Assembly (NCBI GenBank): GCA_020696385.1
Contig: JAEHCQ010000001.1
Coordinates: 640,001 to 704,000, forward strand
Length of the DNA stretch: 64,000 nucleotides
Reading direction: 5' to 3'
Origin: Methanobacteriota archaeon
Lineage (GTDB): Archaea > Thermoplasmatota > Thermoplasmata > SG8-5 > JAGLSY01
A program made the translations under genes and the position numbers. This document shows positions 19,701 to 28,454 of the stretch, in pieces (position 1 is the first letter of the stretch; the number at the start of each line of letters is the position of its first letter). Below the pieces are notes generated by a model. It did not search any database and was not told the DNA's origin. It saw nothing but the letters and a program-made list of their open reading frames with translations.

Positions 19701-21410
19701 GAGCAGCAGGGAACGGGACTTGGATTGCCAAATGCAACGGTCGAGGTTCGTGATATCAATGGATTGCTTGTAGCATCTGGAATCACAGGAACAGACGGAT
19801 ACGTACACTGGATAACCGGGCAGGAGTACTTCCAGCTGAACAACTCCATAACCATGTACACACCACACACCATTACCGCGTCAAAGGGTGCGTCCAATGG
19901 CAATGTGGTTTCTACCATCGACATGTCCAAAGACGTTATTGTTATACTTAATTATGTAACTGGACCTCCAACAGCAGATGCTGGATCTGACCAAATAGTG
20001 AATGAAGATACGGTCGTGACCTTCGACGGCTCGGGTTCCACTGATGACGTGTTCTGGATAACAAACTGGACATGGGCCTTCATATCGGATAATCAAACTA
20101 TAGAGTTGTATGGAGTCAGCCCGGCCTATATATTCACAGAACCTGGTGAATACAATGTAACATTGACAGTGACTGATTACGAGGGATTCACGAACTCATC
20201 CATAGTCAACATAATTGTTCTTGATGTGACACCACCGATAGCTGTTGCAGGTCCAGATCAAACTGTTGATGAGGATACTGTCGTGACATTCAATGGAACT
20301 GGTTGCACTGACAATGTGGGTATTGTGAACTATACCTGGACATTCATGAATGGTACCCTGCAAACATTGTACGGGGAGTCGCCATCCTATGTATTTACTG
20401 AACCGGGTGTTTATGTCATCACTCTAATAATATTAGATGAGGTAGGCAACAATGCTAATGGCACATTTACAGTAACCGTTCATGATGTGACACCACCAGC
20501 AATAGTTGGAGGTGGACTGACAGAGGCCGAAGGTTCAACAGTGACCTTGGATGCTTCTGCAAGCACGGACAATGTGGGTATTATTGGCTATGAATGGTCC
20601 TTCAATGACGGGGCAAATGATGTCTTGTTAACCGGTGATGTTGTTAACTACACGTTCATGAACATCGGCAACTTTACCTTGACCATTACAGCATGGGATG
20701 CAGCCGGGAACATTGGCACATTGATCACATGGATTAACATTGTTGATATGACAGCACCAGATGTGCTTGTGATCGCCCCTGGAGAGGCATTGGAAGAAGT
20801 TCCTCTCAGTTGGGATCTCATCATCGTATTCACAGAAGAGATGGACAGGATGACTGTTCAGGAAGCTTTTGACATCGATGGAGCGAATGTGAGTGGCTTT
20901 GTTTGGGATGCGTCTGGAAGATATGTCACAATATCATTCGAAGAGTTGGATGAGAACATGACATACACATTCACTGTAGGAGCCAATGCAACAGATATTG
21001 CAGGCAATGTGATGGGGACAGCACACACAGATAGCTTCATGACCATGGAAGCCGCAATCACACCGGGTTCGGTTGATGATGTTGATGATGTTGATGATGA
21101 TGATTCTTCAGACGACATAGCTGACTCAGGCAATGACTTCATGTGGATCCTGATAATCATCATACTGGTGGTCATCATAGTGATCCAGGCAATGATGAAG
21201 GGTAAGAAACCAGAGGATGAAGATATCCCAACATCAGATGATGGAGCAGTAGAACCAGCAGCGGCACCTGTGGCAGAACCAGTTGTTGAGGAAGCACCAG
21301 CTACAGATTCTGAAGCAGCTCCTGAGCCAGTCGCAGAACCCGAGGTCGAGGCAGATATTGCCCCGGAAGAACCAGGTGACATCTCAGCAGATGACCTCGT
21401 ATCTGAGTGA
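13743..21410 (+). CDS. Giant cell-surface protein (beta-helix, four DUF3383-like inserts, three PKD, Ig-like Big_5, C-terminal TM and acidic tail)
   Basis: GGAG before the TTG start, signal peptide, long beta-solenoid repeats, PKD motifs (ADAGSDQIVNEDTVVTFDGSGSTD), Big_5-like FTEEMD...DIAGN and TM WILIIIILVVIIVI. Confidence 0.85.
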   Translation: MTMIRKVYAILISLAMVSVVFMNMVVLGATVPPPPDDITNGDQFIEGDWVVTTPDDYFENENIYLTGNLTIPAGETLTLVNTTILMNCSFIGQFHIEVQDGGTLIMQDGGDGFMPTDIMDSDASQLTVNNTNFNAYFWIRQNAVVDIQNSIVDNMGDISTLNGEMIGANNAEPDFAIWATITDGTFGVSIDGNYADIGPIDFTGVTSMNDVRSRIQTAIQAIGTGGFTNAQCNWDGNSFAITSGTDISLNIMESSVSALVTNSGANGTDISGIIPSSYSAILTGGLAVDSNPANWAPIVDGNFTITIDGDAQNIGPIDFTGVATMLDVANRIQTGLQTIGTGGYIGATCVWTGVNFIITSGNIDPAPTITVLGTPGLGTDLSVLTDCGASGIVTTPPVYWWMDSAANGMELPVFESNTGIYIQSDSVVIENSMIFDNYNGLIFDSCFPASLASTMIAGNDGFGIGIGNMTNPAYVVNGIINDVMLFSNTGSGIEIAVQDVVIEMYNIHADDNNHGVEIISSNTIDATVYDSILENSGFVGLYLNAMDTMVCDIDNVNTSFGGHGMYLYAENALNAMISDSDIWGNNADLCAWPGPAPAAAMYLDTNNGELTAIVERNTIVENWGVQDGGVVAIGIDGPWGSPSSSNTTLTFTDNVLIGNGDKSTGSMINNFGAQNILDIDMTGNYFSGSDNFNWAENLYMYSNGNLELNFVDNVMDCNGDKNWMVLWYLLYIYADDFMNVTMNDNSFDINHRHVDGASFNVEAGETMNFDFVNNIVYDESDSSNNNDGVFYFESNNGDVNLNFQESTIYCDIDGSYMDAIVYGYAGGDMSASFIDCTIGGEFDSLYHIFWFSGNENASITFENIMVDVDCNEVHEGLYITANDVLDVTITDCFIYIYSDSLKEAFYFENADTINANFIRNAISFTNEPDMWDSFYIRNCEDINVIIMDNYIEFDVGSFPYSYEGSAFHFECSNNLTAIIKNNYLPIVADEYHRRTFELYSDGNITATIENNIIIIGSDNYCRDNDRWVFYVTANENITLDLINNNITITDAWVYTSFFYIESFDQNMDLGFEGNDIYITGDLMDNYHVDDFTQDWKPVFEIYAYNGDMDFTFIDNVVDITLHGAHLFDVESDNMTLTFDNNDINIQRYMFDGFEFFADNNMTASFSQNTIIMTDTMTTTYLYENKKDFIEFDADNGDMTLDISGNNIITYGVGYCIDRIFNIDASIDIDITIADNYIQSKVIELREVFDVYASNGDLTANITGNDIEIVSLGSDFPELYSVFNLESNDNADVFFSMNRYYGDGRIGPDGLLGVDADTGDVIVSDNEFIVENIMDDDGCSFVNLDIGNFLNTTIANNYFEYSEMIASLDIDIGTLISIGNEWGVPGNISADLLDNTILINIQGGGGPTGGGIISILGNGDIYTDIIGNDIRYNHIAIFSNSANLEGAITIGATGGSAYADNIYAKISDNTIIADFDKDADAGGGIKVVSQNNITLEMNNNIVQGLWDEVYNEDDRYDFSVRIGEWCSGASLTQNVFATMRDNIFGPGGKASALKINAQNILELDMIGGSVVGALYGNWCSGGDEMNGNGITLLANTMDVDISGVDVYDNRGAGIYIEALMGGDVDISDCDIYSNYWHGIYLVSQNGVLDATGSIENVQVYDNGGNWNGDLPSIGSGLFTMNTIIDLESSFFDNPDAEFDLELIACSNVTALDTIFNKNKVSVEGSAANLTGDMAEGFQPAWQGVANGSFRIGIDGVFADVDGLDFSGIATMDDVANIIENGLQAVGSGGFTNATCVWDGMSFVITSGTVGRPSTITAVTSHSGAIGTDISGNVESSYSATLTGGPAADGDVLNWNSTNDGSFTISMDGSLWNLAGIDFTTATTMDDVATIIQTALQAVPLTGFIAATCTWNGTAFTIMSGTQRPTTSITNVTAGTSGTDVSGLMDCGDNGVITITPIIYWMACVTGVTIVPGNSSALTVQWYMHVKAEQQGTGLGLPNATVEVRDINGLLVASGITGTDGYVHWITGQEYFQLNNSITMYTPHTITASKGASNGNVVSTIDMSKDVIVILNYVTGPPTADAGSDQIVNEDTVVTFDGSGSTDDVFWITNWTWAFISDNQTIELYGVSPAYIFTEPGEYNVTLTVTDYEGFTNSSIVNIIVLDVTPPIAVAGPDQTVDEDTVVTFNGTGCTDNVGIVNYTWTFMNGTLQTLYGESPSYVFTEPGVYVITLIILDEVGNNANGTFTVTVHDVTPPAIVGGGLTEAEGSTVTLDASASTDNVGIIGYEWSFNDGANDVLLTGDVVNYTFMNIGNFTLTITAWDAAGNIGTLITWINIVDMTAPDVLVIAPGEALEEVPLSWDLIIVFTEEMDRMTVQEAFDIDGANVSGFVWDASGRYVTISFEELDENMTYTFTVGANATDIAGNVMGTAHTDSFMTMEAAITPGSVDDVDDVDDDDSSDDIADSGNDFMWILIIIILVVIIVIQAMMKGKKPEDEDIPTSDDGAVEPAAAPVAEPVVEEAPATDSEAAPEPVAEPEVEADIAPEEPGDISADDLVSE

Positions 21411-21428
21411 AGCAAGACGAAGCAAAAT

Positions 21429-21466
21429 AGGGAAGGCTGAAAACGCCTTCCCTCCTTTTCATTTTT
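21429..21466 (+). terminator. Hairpin plus T-tract downstream of the giant surface protein gene
   Basis: AGGGAAGGC-7 nt-GCCTTCCCT followed by CCTTTTCATTTTT. Confidence 0.6.
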
Positions 21467-21520
21467 AAAAGAATGTGACTATACCAATAATTTCCACGTA
21501 TTTTATTCATTGAATGATTA

Positions 21521-22651
21521 TTATGAGATACTAACCCTGACCCTGGCCTTGGATCTCTTTCCTTTTTCATTCCTCATGAACACCAGGAATATTATCAGGG
21601 CAACCAATGATGCCAGTGTGGCGAGATACATAGTCGCGTAGTATCCGAACATGCCGGCCACCACACCTCCGATTAGTGCGCCCCCTATCGATGATATATT
21701 AAGGACCGAATTAAGGAGACCAGTCGCGGTCGCCCTTTCCTTATTTCTGGACATTATGAATTTTATCGAGCCCACATAAAGGAAAGCCCAGGCCGTGCCC
21801 AGCAATACCTGGGTAGGCAATAATTGCCAAATATTCTGACATAATGTGAAGGAGGCGAAGGTTATCATCGACAGTATGAGACCCCATATTATCAGAGTCT
21901 TGCTCTTGGCCCGGAGTTTTCTCATGACCAGGAACTGGGTAAGAGAATTGATCCCGTATATCACCCCGATCCAGAAGAAAGAGCCACCAATCTCCATCAC
22001 GTATATCGGGAATATCACCCATATGGTGCAGGCTCCCATATGTCTTACCAGGATAGCGAGGTAGATCGGCAGGTTCTTCTTTATGACCTTAATAGGAAAG
22101 AGCGGAACCTTGACCTTGTGTTCCTGAACCTTGGGCATCTTCATAGATACGAGGAATGATAGGAAAAGAAGAATCGCGCTTAGCAGAAAAGGAGCGATGT
22201 AAGGATTGCTCATTACCGCTATTGTCGCTAGAACGCCAGCAACAATAGTGCCCAGTCCCCACCCCAGAGAACCATAGGCCATGAACTTGCCCATCTTCCA
22301 TTTAGATTCATAAGCATAGGCCATCAAAGCAGCGGGGAAGATACCTGCTGAAAAACCCATCAGGGCCCTGGTCATAAGAAGGGTCATGGGGTCATGAGAT
22401 AGTATTTGAAGCAAAGCGGCGAATGTCGAGAATATAAGGCCGAATCTCAGGAATAAACGTCGGCCATGTACATCCGCCAATCTTCCAAATATATAGGAAG
22501 ATATCAGAGAAGCCGTACCGTAACCAGCGACTATCAAGCCTATCTGGACCTCGCTGGCTCCGAGATCCTTGGCGAACAATGGGATCAGGAATAAGGAGGA
22601 AAACCAGGCGGCATTTGACATCATGTTGATCATCGCGGCTTTCATAAACAT
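21521..22651 (-). CDS. MFS transporter
   Basis: Motif A GRLADVHGRR and about 12 hydrophobic segments. Confidence 0.9.
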   Translation of the reverse strand: MFMKAAMINMMSNAAWFSSLFLIPLFAKDLGASEVQIGLIVAGYGTASLISSYIFGRLADVHGRRLFLRFGLIFSTFAALLQILSHDPMTLLMTRALMGFSAGIFPAALMAYAYESKWKMGKFMAYGSLGWGLGTIVAGVLATIAVMSNPYIAPFLLSAILLFLSFLVSMKMPKVQEHKVKVPLFPIKVIKKNLPIYLAILVRHMGACTIWVIFPIYVMEIGGSFFWIGVIYGINSLTQFLVMRKLRAKSKTLIIWGLILSMITFASFTLCQNIWQLLPTQVLLGTAWAFLYVGSIKFIMSRNKERATATGLLNSVLNISSIGGALIGGVVAGMFGYYATMYLATLASLVALIIFLVFMRNEKGKRSKARVRVSIS

Positions 22652-22855
22652 GGGAATGGTATTGGGTATTTAAAAATGTATGAAGTGAAGCGGATAAAGC
22701 AAATGAATTTTCGAGCAGGGTGGGGCGAGTTTTCTTTATTTGTCCGCCTTTTTTCTTTTGGAGCCACATCCAGCGCAGAAAATTCCTAAAAGAAAAAAGT
22801 GGGAGGGGAACCAGGCGGCATTTGACATCATGTTGATCATCGCGGCTTTCATAAA
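22602..22855. repeat. Perfect 47-bp direct repeat (22602-22648 and 22809-22855) duplicating the 5' end of the MFS gene
   Basis: AACCAGGCGGCATTTGACATCATGTTGATCATCGCGGCTTTCATAAA occurs twice, 207 bp apart. Confidence 0.9.
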
Positions 22856-23263
22856 GACGGAAATAAAGGGCGGCTACTTAAACCCGCTACATCGAAGACC
22901 AATAGATAAAAAGGAAAAAGGCAGGGAAGTCAAGTATGAGGGAGGAGATGAGTGGGCTAACACATGAGATATATTCTTACCTGTGCCGTCCCTGCAATAT
23001 GAATGAATCTGTTACCTGATTAATAAGGAGATTGGTACGGATTTTTGTGTAATATTTAACCTTACTTGTACAATATTTTGTATAATAAAAAGTTATTAAT
23101 CAGTGAAAATAGGCAACAATTTATGGGCTCTTTATAGTCAATTGATAAAACACTATTAAAGGTCTTTCGGCACAAGGTTTATATCATAAAATCGCAGTGC
23201 CTTTTGTCTTGGGAACGGGATGCAGAAGCCTAGTGTTTTCAGTATTTTCTCAGGGGTGGTTGA

Positions 23264-25495
23264 GTGAGTATCAGCAAGAACGCATTAACAGTACTGGAGC
23301 GCCGTTATCTGGCAAAGGACGATAATGGGAAATTGATCGAAGGACCAGAGGATATGTTCAGAAGAGTTGCGAAGAACATTGCCTCGGCAGAAGCCAATTA
23401 TGGAAAGAGTAAAAAAGATATCAAAAAGATAGAAAACGAGTTCTACAATTTGATGGCAGATCTTGACTTTCTGCCAAACTCACCAACCCTGATGAATGCT
23501 GGAAGGGATATTCAGCAATTATCCGCATGTTTCGTACTCCCAGTGGGCGATTCCATGGAGAGTATCTTTGATGCGCTCAAGAACGCGGCCCTTATCCATA
23601 AAAGTGGAGGAGGAACTGGTTTTTCATTTACTAGATTGAGGCCTAAGAACGATCCCGTCATGTCCACCAGCGGGGTGAGCAGTGGGCCGATATCCTTCAT
23701 GAAGGTCTTCAATGCGGCCACTGAGGCCATCAAGCAAGGTGGTACCCGCAGAGGTGCCAATATGGGTATATTGCGTGTCGATCACCCAGATATCATGGAG
23801 TTCATAAAATGCAAAGAAGATCTGAGTGTTCTGACGAACTTCAATATCTCCGTGGCCATAACGGACAAGTTCATGAAAGCCCTGAAAAAGGGTGAGGAAT
23901 ATGATCTGATAAACCCCAAAGATGGTAAGAAATGTGGCAAAGCCAGTGCCAAAGAGGTTTATGATGCGATATCCAGCATGGCCTGGAAGACAGGAGATCC
24001 TGGTATGGTCTTCATAGACCGTATCAACAAATTCAACCCCACACCACATGTTGGAGAGGTGGAGAGTACCAATCCATGCGGTGAGCAGCCGCTTCTCCCA
24101 TACGAATCATGCAATCTGGGTTCCATCAACCTCAGCCATATGATGAAGGATGAGGAAGTGGACTGGGACAGGCTCAGGAAAGTGGTGCATACTTCTGTCA
24201 GATTCCTTGATAATGTCATAGACATGAACAAATATCCTTTACCAGAAATAGATGAAATGACCAAGGCCAATAGGAAGATCGGTTTGGGGATAATGGGATG
24301 GGCCGACATGCTTATCCTGATGGATATTCCATATGAATCTACCCAGGCATACAAGTTTGCAAAGAAGATCATGGGCTTTGTTCAGGATGAGGGGTGGATA
24401 GCCTCCGAGAACCTGGCCAAAGAAAGAGGAACATTCCCCAGTTTCAAAGGCAGTATATTTGAAAATGACAGGAAGGTGAGGAATGCCACCATCACGACGA
24501 TCGCTCCTACTGGCACTATATCCATGATCGCGGATTGTTCCAGTGGAATAGAACCAATTTATTCCATCGCGTATGTGAAGACCGTGATGGATGATGACGC
24601 ACTTCATTATGTGCATCCTTTCTTCAAAGAGAAATGTGAAGAACGAGGTATATACACGGACGAGCTGGAAGAGGCCATTGTCAAACTGGGAACCACATCC
24701 AACATACCGGGTTTCCCGAGCGATCTAAAATCACTTTTCAAGACCGCCCATGAAATATCCGCTGAAGGTCATGTCAGGATGCAGGCGGCCTTCCAGAAAC
24801 ACACGGACAATGCTGTTTCCAAGACCGTTAATCTGAATACCAGTGCGACAAAGGAAGATATCGCCAATGTTTACAACCTGGCATTTGAAACAGGTTGTAA
24901 GGGCATTACTGTTTACAGGGATGGTTGCAGAGGAACTCAGGTCCTGGAATCGGGTAGCAGTGCCAGTAAGAGCAAGACCGATACCGCGGTTCACCAGACT
25001 AAATTATCGGATATCGGTATTGACAGTAATGGCAAGCTGAGGCCAAGGCCAAGACCACTGATGATACATGGAGCCACGCACAGGATGAAGACCGGGTGCG
25101 GATACCTGTATGTGACGGTCAATGAGGATAATAACAAACTATTCGAGCTCTTTGCCAGAATGGGAAAGACAGGTGGATGTGCTGCCAGTCAGACCGAGGC
25201 CATTGGCAGATTGATATCCCTGGCATTGAGAGCGGGCATTGATTCAAGTAATATCATAGAGCAATTGAAAGGCATCAGATGTCCCGAGCGAGCACTGGGT
25301 AAGGATAAGATATATTCATGCCCGGATGCGATAGGAAAGGCCATCGAAGGCCATCTTAAAAACAAAGGACAGGTAATACAGGAAATGACGAAACTGGATA
25401 GTGGAGTGAGACCTGAATGTCCAGAATGCGGTGGACCTATCGCATTCATCGAGGGTTGTTTGATCTGCCAAAACTGTGGCTTCTCGAAATGTTAA
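23264..25495 (+). CDS. nrdJ: Class II (adenosylcobalamin-dependent) ribonucleotide reductase with C-terminal TSCPD-like/zinc-ribbon domain
   Basis: PNSPTLMNAG, SACFV, TNPCGEQPL, CNLGS, TIAPTGT, AVSKTVN, KGITVYRDG and C-terminal SCPDAI, CPECG...CQNCGFSKC. Confidence 0.95.
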   Translation: MSISKNALTVLERRYLAKDDNGKLIEGPEDMFRRVAKNIASAEANYGKSKKDIKKIENEFYNLMADLDFLPNSPTLMNAGRDIQQLSACFVLPVGDSMESIFDALKNAALIHKSGGGTGFSFTRLRPKNDPVMSTSGVSSGPISFMKVFNAATEAIKQGGTRRGANMGILRVDHPDIMEFIKCKEDLSVLTNFNISVAITDKFMKALKKGEEYDLINPKDGKKCGKASAKEVYDAISSMAWKTGDPGMVFIDRINKFNPTPHVGEVESTNPCGEQPLLPYESCNLGSINLSHMMKDEEVDWDRLRKVVHTSVRFLDNVIDMNKYPLPEIDEMTKANRKIGLGIMGWADMLILMDIPYESTQAYKFAKKIMGFVQDEGWIASENLAKERGTFPSFKGSIFENDRKVRNATITTIAPTGTISMIADCSSGIEPIYSIAYVKTVMDDDALHYVHPFFKEKCEERGIYTDELEEAIVKLGTTSNIPGFPSDLKSLFKTAHEISAEGHVRMQAAFQKHTDNAVSKTVNLNTSATKEDIANVYNLAFETGCKGITVYRDGCRGTQVLESGSSASKSKTDTAVHQTKLSDIGIDSNGKLRPRPRPLMIHGATHRMKTGCGYLYVTVNEDNNKLFELFARMGKTGGCAASQTEAIGRLISLALRAGIDSSNIIEQLKGIRCPERALGKDKIYSCPDAIGKAIEGHLKNKGQVIQEMTKLDSGVRPECPECGGPIAFIEGCLICQNCGFSKC

Positions 25496-25498
25496 GAT

Positions 25499-25580
25499 CG
25501 GATCAAACACTCGATACGTGCATAGTAAGACCCGTGTTTGACAAAAAAGATGCATGCATTTACTGTAAATGCACATCTTA
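25499..25580. repeat. 82-bp palindromic intergenic element, copy A
   Basis: Shares CG(G/A)ATCAAACACT and GTGTTTGACAAAAAAGATGC...AATGCACATCTTA with the copies at 43228 and 43310. Confidence 0.85.
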
Positions 25581-25593
25581 AAAAAATGAAAGG

Positions 25594-25628
25594 AATGTCC
25601 AGCCTATGTATGGCTGGACATTATTTTT
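25594..25628. terminator. Probable bidirectional terminator between nrdJ and aqpZ
   Basis: 11-bp stem AATGTCCAGCC/GGCTGGACATT flanked by an A-tract and a T-tract, between convergent genes. Confidence 0.6.
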
Positions 25629-25636
25629 AACTTAAT

Positions 25637-26350
25637 TCACTTCCTGGGTTCCAGGACGTATTTCCACACTACAGCTGCTATGACTGCGCCGATTATCGGA
25701 GCCAGCCAGAACATCCAAAGTTGTTCCAGAGCCAGTGTGTTCTCCATCGCCATGACCAATGCAGGTCCCAAGCTTCTTGCAGGGTTGACGGATGTTCCGG
25801 TTATTGGAATTCCGACAATGTGCACGAAGGTCAAAGTAAGACCAATGGCCACTCCAGCGAAGGAGTTCTCAGACTTCTTCGATGTCGCACCCAGCACTAC
25901 AAGCAAGAAGATGAAAGTAAGGACAACCTCGGCTATGAAAGCGGATATCAATGGATAGTTATCTGGAGATGCAGTATCGTATCCATTCTGACCCAGTCCA
26001 ACAGATTCCAGGTCATATCCAGCATGTCCATTCACTATGGAGAAGAGTATGAGAGCGCCAATTATCGCTCCTATGCTCTGATATATTATGTACATGATGG
26101 CATCGCTTTGCTTGATCTTTTTAGATACCAACATCGCGATGGTTATGGCCGGATTTATATGGCAGCCAGATATTGGCCCGATGGCATATACCAGGGCCAG
26201 GACCGTAAGTCCAAAGGCGAATGAGATTCCAAGGAATCCAACATTTCCGCCTGCGATCACCGCACTACCACATCCTATGAAAACAAGGATCATGGTTCCC
26301 AATAGTTCAGCTATATATCTTCTATCTAATACATTGATTTCTTCTGACAT
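25637..26350 (-). CDS. aqpZ: Aquaporin (MIP family, AqpZ-like)
   Basis: Two NPA boxes (SGCHINPAIT, TSVNPARSLGPA), AELLGT and WLAPIIGA. Confidence 0.92.
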   Translation of the reverse strand: MSEEINVLDRRYIAELLGTMILVFIGCGSAVIAGGNVGFLGISFAFGLTVLALVYAIGPISGCHINPAITIAMLVSKKIKQSDAIMYIIYQSIGAIIGALILFSIVNGHAGYDLESVGLGQNGYDTASPDNYPLISAFIAEVVLTFIFLLVVLGATSKKSENSFAGVAIGLTLTFVHIVGIPITGTSVNPARSLGPALVMAMENTLALEQLWMFWLAPIIGAVIAAVVWKYVLEPRK

Positions 26351-26645
26351 TGCTTCACATCCCACGTATGATTTAAATTCCAAGTGGTAAATAGATATAA
26401 TAGTATAAAAATGTTTTATATAAATGATTATTTCTAAAATATCATTGTTATTTAAAGTACTGGCTCATCGTTTTTTGTAATACTTCGATCTTTTCAATTT
26501 TGGGCGGCCAGTGCTCGAAATGTATAAACGAGCACTGTTTTGACAGAACAAAACACTATTTAACCCGAAATTTATGTCGGATGTATTGATGAGAGGGTCA
26601 TGATCCATGATTTTTCCCATATAATGCATAGATGGAGGCAGCTAG

Positions 26646-28322
26646 ATGTCGGATCCAAAAATAGAGAATATCAAGAAAGCGAAGAAGGAATGGGAGAAAG
26701 GAACATATGCAAATGCGGTCAGCAAACATGGTGAGCGCAGGGATGATTTCGTCACAACATCCAGTGTACCGATAAGACCATTACACACGCCGGACGATAT
26801 TGCCGGATTTGACTATATGGAGAAGTTGAACTTCCCTGGTCAATTTCCTTTCACAAGAGGTGTTCAGCCGACCATGCATCGTGGCCGACTTTGGACCATG
26901 CGCCAGTTTGCAGGATTCGGGACAGCGGAGGAGACAAATCAGAGATATAAGTATCTCCTGGCTCACGGAGAAACCGGCCTCAGCGTGGCATTTGATTTCC
27001 CCACCCTTTATGGTAGGGACAGTGACGATCCACTTGCCGAGGGAGAATTTGGCAAGTGTGGTGTTGGCATATCCTCATTGAAAGACATGGAAACTCTCTT
27101 CGACGGCATACCGATGAAAGACGTCAGTACTTCAATGACCATCAATGGACCAGCACCAGTTGTCTGGGCCTTCTATATCGCGGCTGCCGAGAACCAAGGG
27201 GCTTCCAGAGGCCAGATCACGGGAACGATCCAGAATGATATTCTGAAAGAATACATAGCGCAGAAATCATGGATATTCCCTCCAGAGCCATCCATGAGGC
27301 TCATTGTCGATACTTTTGAATTTGGAACCAAGGAAGTTCCGCGATGGAACACGATAAGCATAAGCGGATATCACATTAGGGAAGCGGGATCTACCGCTCT
27401 CCAGGAACTGGCCTTCACATTGGCAGACGGGTTAGCGTATGTCGATGCCGCTATGGAACGTGGTCTGGATCTGGATCAATTCGCTCCCAGATTATCATTC
27501 TTCTTCAATGCACACAATGACCTATTCGAAGAAATAGGTAAATACAGGGCCGCGAGGCGCATCTGGGCAAATGAGATGAAGAAGCGAGGAGCGAAAAAGG
27601 ACAGGACCATGTGGCTGAGGTTCCATACCCAGACCGCCGGTTGTTCGCTAACTGCGCAACAACCGGAAAATAACATTGTCAGAACAACGATCCAAGGACT
27701 GGCTTCCGTGCTCGGTGGTACGCAATCACTCCACACCAACTCAATGGATGAAGCACTGGCACTACCCAGCGAGAAGGCTGTGAAGATCGCTCTCAGAACT
27801 CAGCAGATAATCGCCGAGGAAAGCGGGGTGGTCAATACCATCGATCCTCTGGCAGGTTCCTATTATGTTGAATATATGACCGACTGGATGGAAGAAGGGA
27901 CCTACAAATATTTCGACAAGATCGAGGCTTTGGGCGGAGTTCTCAAAGCCATTGACAAGGGATTCTTCCAGCAGGAGATAGCCAATGCCGCTTTCCAGTA
28001 TCAGAAAGATATCGATAGCGGGGAAAGGACCATAGTGGGTGTCAATGAATATGTGGATGAGAAGGAGAACATCGACATTCCGATACTGAAGATAGATCCA
28101 GAAGGCGAGAAGATCCAATTTGACAGGCTGAATAAAATAAGAAGTACAAGGGATCAGATAAAGACAGATGCCGCATTGGAAGCTCTCAGGAAGGCGGCTG
28201 AAGGAGATGAGAACCTCATGCCCTACATACTGGATGCTGTCAAGAAGCAGGCGACATTGGGAGAGACCTGCGATGCACTGAGAGATATCTTTGGAGAATA
28301 TGAGGAGCCAGCTGTCTTTTGA
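26646..28322 (+). CDS. Methylmalonyl-CoA mutase family, large (substrate-binding) subunit
   Basis: PGQFPFTRGV, WTMRQFAGFG, GTIQNDILKE, SISGYHIREAG and SLHTNSMDEA. No B12-binding domain, so this is the split type. Confidence 0.93.
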   Translation: MSDPKIENIKKAKKEWEKGTYANAVSKHGERRDDFVTTSSVPIRPLHTPDDIAGFDYMEKLNFPGQFPFTRGVQPTMHRGRLWTMRQFAGFGTAEETNQRYKYLLAHGETGLSVAFDFPTLYGRDSDDPLAEGEFGKCGVGISSLKDMETLFDGIPMKDVSTSMTINGPAPVVWAFYIAAAENQGASRGQITGTIQNDILKEYIAQKSWIFPPEPSMRLIVDTFEFGTKEVPRWNTISISGYHIREAGSTALQELAFTLADGLAYVDAAMERGLDLDQFAPRLSFFFNAHNDLFEEIGKYRAARRIWANEMKKRGAKKDRTMWLRFHTQTAGCSLTAQQPENNIVRTTIQGLASVLGGTQSLHTNSMDEALALPSEKAVKIALRTQQIIAEESGVVNTIDPLAGSYYVEYMTDWMEEGTYKYFDKIEALGGVLKAIDKGFFQQEIANAAFQYQKDIDSGERTIVGVNEYVDEKENIDIPILKIDPEGEKIQFDRLNKIRSTRDQIKTDAALEALRKAAEGDENLMPYILDAVKKQATLGETCDALRDIFGEYEEPAVF

Positions 28323-28454
28323 TGTGCATTAAATATCTAAATACAGGTATCCGAAATAGGTCTTTTAATGGCTATCAGTTGCGCATTTGATATTGTGCAG
28401 CTGCATTGATCGCACATCAAAATATTTTATATCCAAACACCCATATCACCATCC

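Noticed and set aside
18477-21415. Long antisense ORFs (e.g. 18716..19612, 20858..21415; also 34932..35534)
   Set aside because: They are shadows of biased or low-complexity coding on the opposite strand and have no independent motifs.
26390-26645. Cobalamin riboswitch upstream of the mutase or nrdJ
   Set aside because: No B12-box or conserved core is recognisable; the region is AT-rich promoter DNA.
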